A stretch of 64,000 bases of DNA, from NCBI RefSeq assembly GCF_009914755.1, contig NC_060929.1. One strand, 5' to 3'. Positions 60,721-64,000 of the stretch are shown in pieces. The notes under the pieces are model-generated. The model ran no database searches. It saw only the letters and a list, made by a program, of their open reading frames with translations, and was not told where the DNA came from. Every line of letters begins with the position of its first letter. Position 1 is the first letter of the stretch. The translations under genes were made by a program, and so were the position numbers. This DNA is from the human T2T-CHM13v2.0 reference genome, Homo sapiens.

Positions 60721-63039
60721 TTCTGTAATCATGTACTTCATCTTGCCCAGCACAATACTTTGTAGATAGAGGGTACTTAAGCACTCATTCATACTGAATA
60801 AATCAATGTATGAACAACTGAGAACCTTTGAAAAATTCCTTTTTTCTGTTCATGTTCAACTTAATGCTTTCAGAGAACTGACTGTGAAAATAACCTTTTT
60901 TCTGGTAATCTCTATGTGTTTGAATAAAAGAACAATGGTGAAGCTCCATCTATTTTTAGGTTATGTAGCCTTAAAAATGAGAAAGCTAAATATGCTGGGA
61001 GATTTTATTTATTTTGTTTTCTTGGTCTCATTTTATTTCTGTCTTAAATTAAGTTAATGAAATTTTGGGTAGGCCTGGTCACATTTAATACCTAGTTCTC
61101 CAAGTATTTTTTGTGCATCCCTTTTATAGCAGTGTGCAATGTGACAGCTCAGCCTCCTCTTGCTGACTAATCTCCTGTACAGACAGAAGCAATTCCCATA
61201 ATTCAGATAATAACCTGGAACAACTTTCATGATTTACAAAAGTAGATTTGTAACTGATCTTCTTATAATTTAGAAAAGGAGATTAGAGTGTAATAAAATA
61301 TCAAATCATAGCTTAGGAATAGAATTTTGGATGTTAAAACTATTCTGAAAGTAAATACAGTTTTAAACAAGAACCTGTACTGATTTAATTGCTTCAAAGA
61401 AAACATATTGAAAAAGAAAAGAATTATTTAAGTTAGCATATACTTATAAATAGTTTCATAGAATGTTTAAAGCTAAACATATTCAATTATAATTTGGATT
61501 ACACTATTCTATTACATAACAACCTACATAAGTTGATTAGAACAAAACTACGAAGTAAACTTCAACACAATCCATATAATAGAATCTGAATTAGAAAGGC
61601 TTGAATTTATTGTATGTAAATTTATGAAGACTTTATGGAAATAGATGCACCTTTGTAAAAAGACAGAACATGAAATGTTAAAATGATTGCTTTTTTATCC
61701 TTTATTTATTTATTTTTGCTAAACCATACCATACTCTTAAGTCATAGTTCCAGTGCTTAGTGCATAGAAGGTGTTCAAGGAATAATTGTGGAATTTAGGA
61801 AGGTTTAATTTCTGACCTATAATAAAGGTCAGAATAAATGGTAAAATTAGACAAAAAAGTCAAGGAAAATATAAGCATAATCTCTAATAATTCAAAAGCT
61901 ATGTTGTGGTGCATTCTAGAAAGGTGAATTTGTGGACTTTTTTTTTAAGGGAACTCATTTGTATCAGATTGTCAGGCAATAATGTTACATAAATTTCTAT
62001 TTTCTGCTTTAAATGCTGGCATGCGTTCTTTTTAATAGTGTGTATTACAAATGCACCAAATCTAGGGCTAAGTAAACAGAAAGTTGAATCAAGGTACTTC
62101 TCATTTTAAAAATTGTTCTGGAGTCTTGGAGTAGAAAGGGACTTTGGAGTTGATTTTTCCCAACTTCCTTCTATTATTGATGAGGGAAGTAGAAGGGGAA
62201 AATGACTCGTTCACTGTCTGTAGCTTGAAAAAAAAGATTTTTTAAAAATCTATACTTGATCAGGCAGGCACAGGAAGGTACTTAATGAATAGTTTCCAAG
62301 AAGAGTCACTTCGGCATAAGAGATACATATTGTAGATTAATTTACAGGCAATATCAATTATAGTAATAAATTATTGGTGATTATTAATAATTATTAATTT
62401 TAAATTAGCATGTTGGGTCTTATGTAATTGACTGAGGAATCAGGTTAAGGTGCATCTTTCATTGTGAAATTGAGATTTTGGGAACATGCAAAGCCTCACT
62501 GCAGATCCTAATGAATTTACCACAGGGATGCTGCCCTACCAATACACTTGAGTAGAAATTTTCAAGGGGAGTTGAGGGACATGTCCTTGGTAACAAGAGG
62601 ATTGGGGAAGGGTATATTTCACTTGAAATTTAAACAACATTTTGTTCCATGGTCTTATTTATTTTTGGGCACATTATTGTTTTTTTAATAAATTCAAATA
62701 GCATTAAAAGCATTCATGTTTTCTTTTTAAAAGTTAAGAGGTTTTAAGGCATAAGTCAACTAGTTTTTTCCTCTGTCCTTTTGGAATAAATCATTCATTC
62801 TTTTAATAAACGCTTATTGATCATCTCTATATTCCAGGCATAGTGGTACCCTCTGAAAATACAGTCAAAAAGTTGATTCCTGTCTATAAGGGGGAGCCAG
62901 AGTTTATTCATTGAGAATTTACAGCAGAATATTATTGCTCCAAGTTTCCCCCTGCCATCTACACTCATCATTGCAATATTTGACACAGTAGTCATTTATT
63001 GGAGAAAATACAAAAAGATAGAAATCACAAAGAGTCTTT

Positions 63040-63365
63040 CACTTCACTTGCTCATTACTCAGCAAGTATTTATTGAGTACCTATCATGTGCCAGTCACTG
63101 AGCTAGGTGCTTGGGTTCCATTAGTGAGTAAAACAGTCAACGATCCTGTCTTTGCAGGGATTATATTCTAGGAGGTGAGACTAATAGCCAAAAAAAAAAA
63201 AAAAATGCAAATTACAAAGCATGTTAGAAGGTGATGTGTGCTGGTTAAAAAAGAGAGAGAGAGAGTGAGAGAGAAGTAGAGTTAGGGGAATTATGTGTGT
63301 GAGAAGGAAATTTAGTGTGGTCAAGAGAGGCCTCATTGTGACTTTTGAACAAAGGCTTGAAGGCA
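63040..63365 (-). mobile_element. L2a-like 3' end
   Basis: cagcaagtatttattgagtacctatcatgtgccagtcactgagctaggtgc...gtggtcaagagaggcctc. Confidence 0.8.
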
Positions 63366-63823
63366 CTTGAAATAAAAATCCAAAAATTAGGATAACCATA
63401 GAATTTGAATTTTTAAACTCATTTTAAGTCTATTTTGTTATCTATGTTACTTCCTGGCAAGAGGCTGCAGGTGATGGTAAAGTCAAGGATTTTATTTTTC
63501 TTTCTTTTCTCTCCCATTAGCTTTGATTTTCACAAGGAGTGGCATTTCCACTATTTTCTACTTTGCTAAAATAAATGTATTTCATGGGATTTTTGTTCAT
63601 CAATGATAAGAACAAGGTTTACTTTGAGAATTTTCTCTTGAGAGCCTAGAGCAACATGTAGCATAATTTCATATCATGCGCTGTTTCTTAGAAATATAAA
63701 AATCCATATATTGCCATTTTTAGAATGACTCTTAGTCATATCAGTTTGGGCAAGAAGTCAACTTACTTTCACATGGAATCACTGAGTCATAGATTTAGAT
63801 AAGAAAGCAGTTTACTTTCTTAA

Positions 63824-64000
<177 letters not shown>

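Overview
This is great-ape (most likely human) genomic DNA: AT-rich, CpG-poor and dense in interspersed repeats. It is almost entirely the 3' part of one very long intron on the + strand. It ends in a single 117-nt, phase 0/0 coding exon (63878-63994, [39 protein letters not shown]) that the ORF track missed. I recognise this as the TM2-ECL1-TM3 region of ADGRV1 (GPR98/VLGR1), exon 84 by my recall. The intron holds a full-length ~6.03-kb L1PA2/L1PA3-type element antisense to the gene (22093-28120). Its ORF1 and ORF2 are broken, but it keeps an intact 71-aa ORF0, both ORF0 splice donors, the ZNF93-evading 5'UTR deletion and an antisense poly(A) signal, and has a point change in its YY1 site. 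The rest is older L1 fragments, nine Alu-family SINEs (including an AluYa-intermediate and a FAM), L2/MIR relics, MaLR solo LTRs, DNA-transposon MITEs and microsatellites. The best hypothesis for something undescribed is an L1 antisense-promoter/ORF0-driven, 'gene-breaking' ADGRV1 transcript; it is inferred from sequence only. Repeat subfamily calls come from recalled consensus sequences, and boundaries of old repeats are approximate. Nearly all other ORF-track entries are repeat-derived or chance ORFs.
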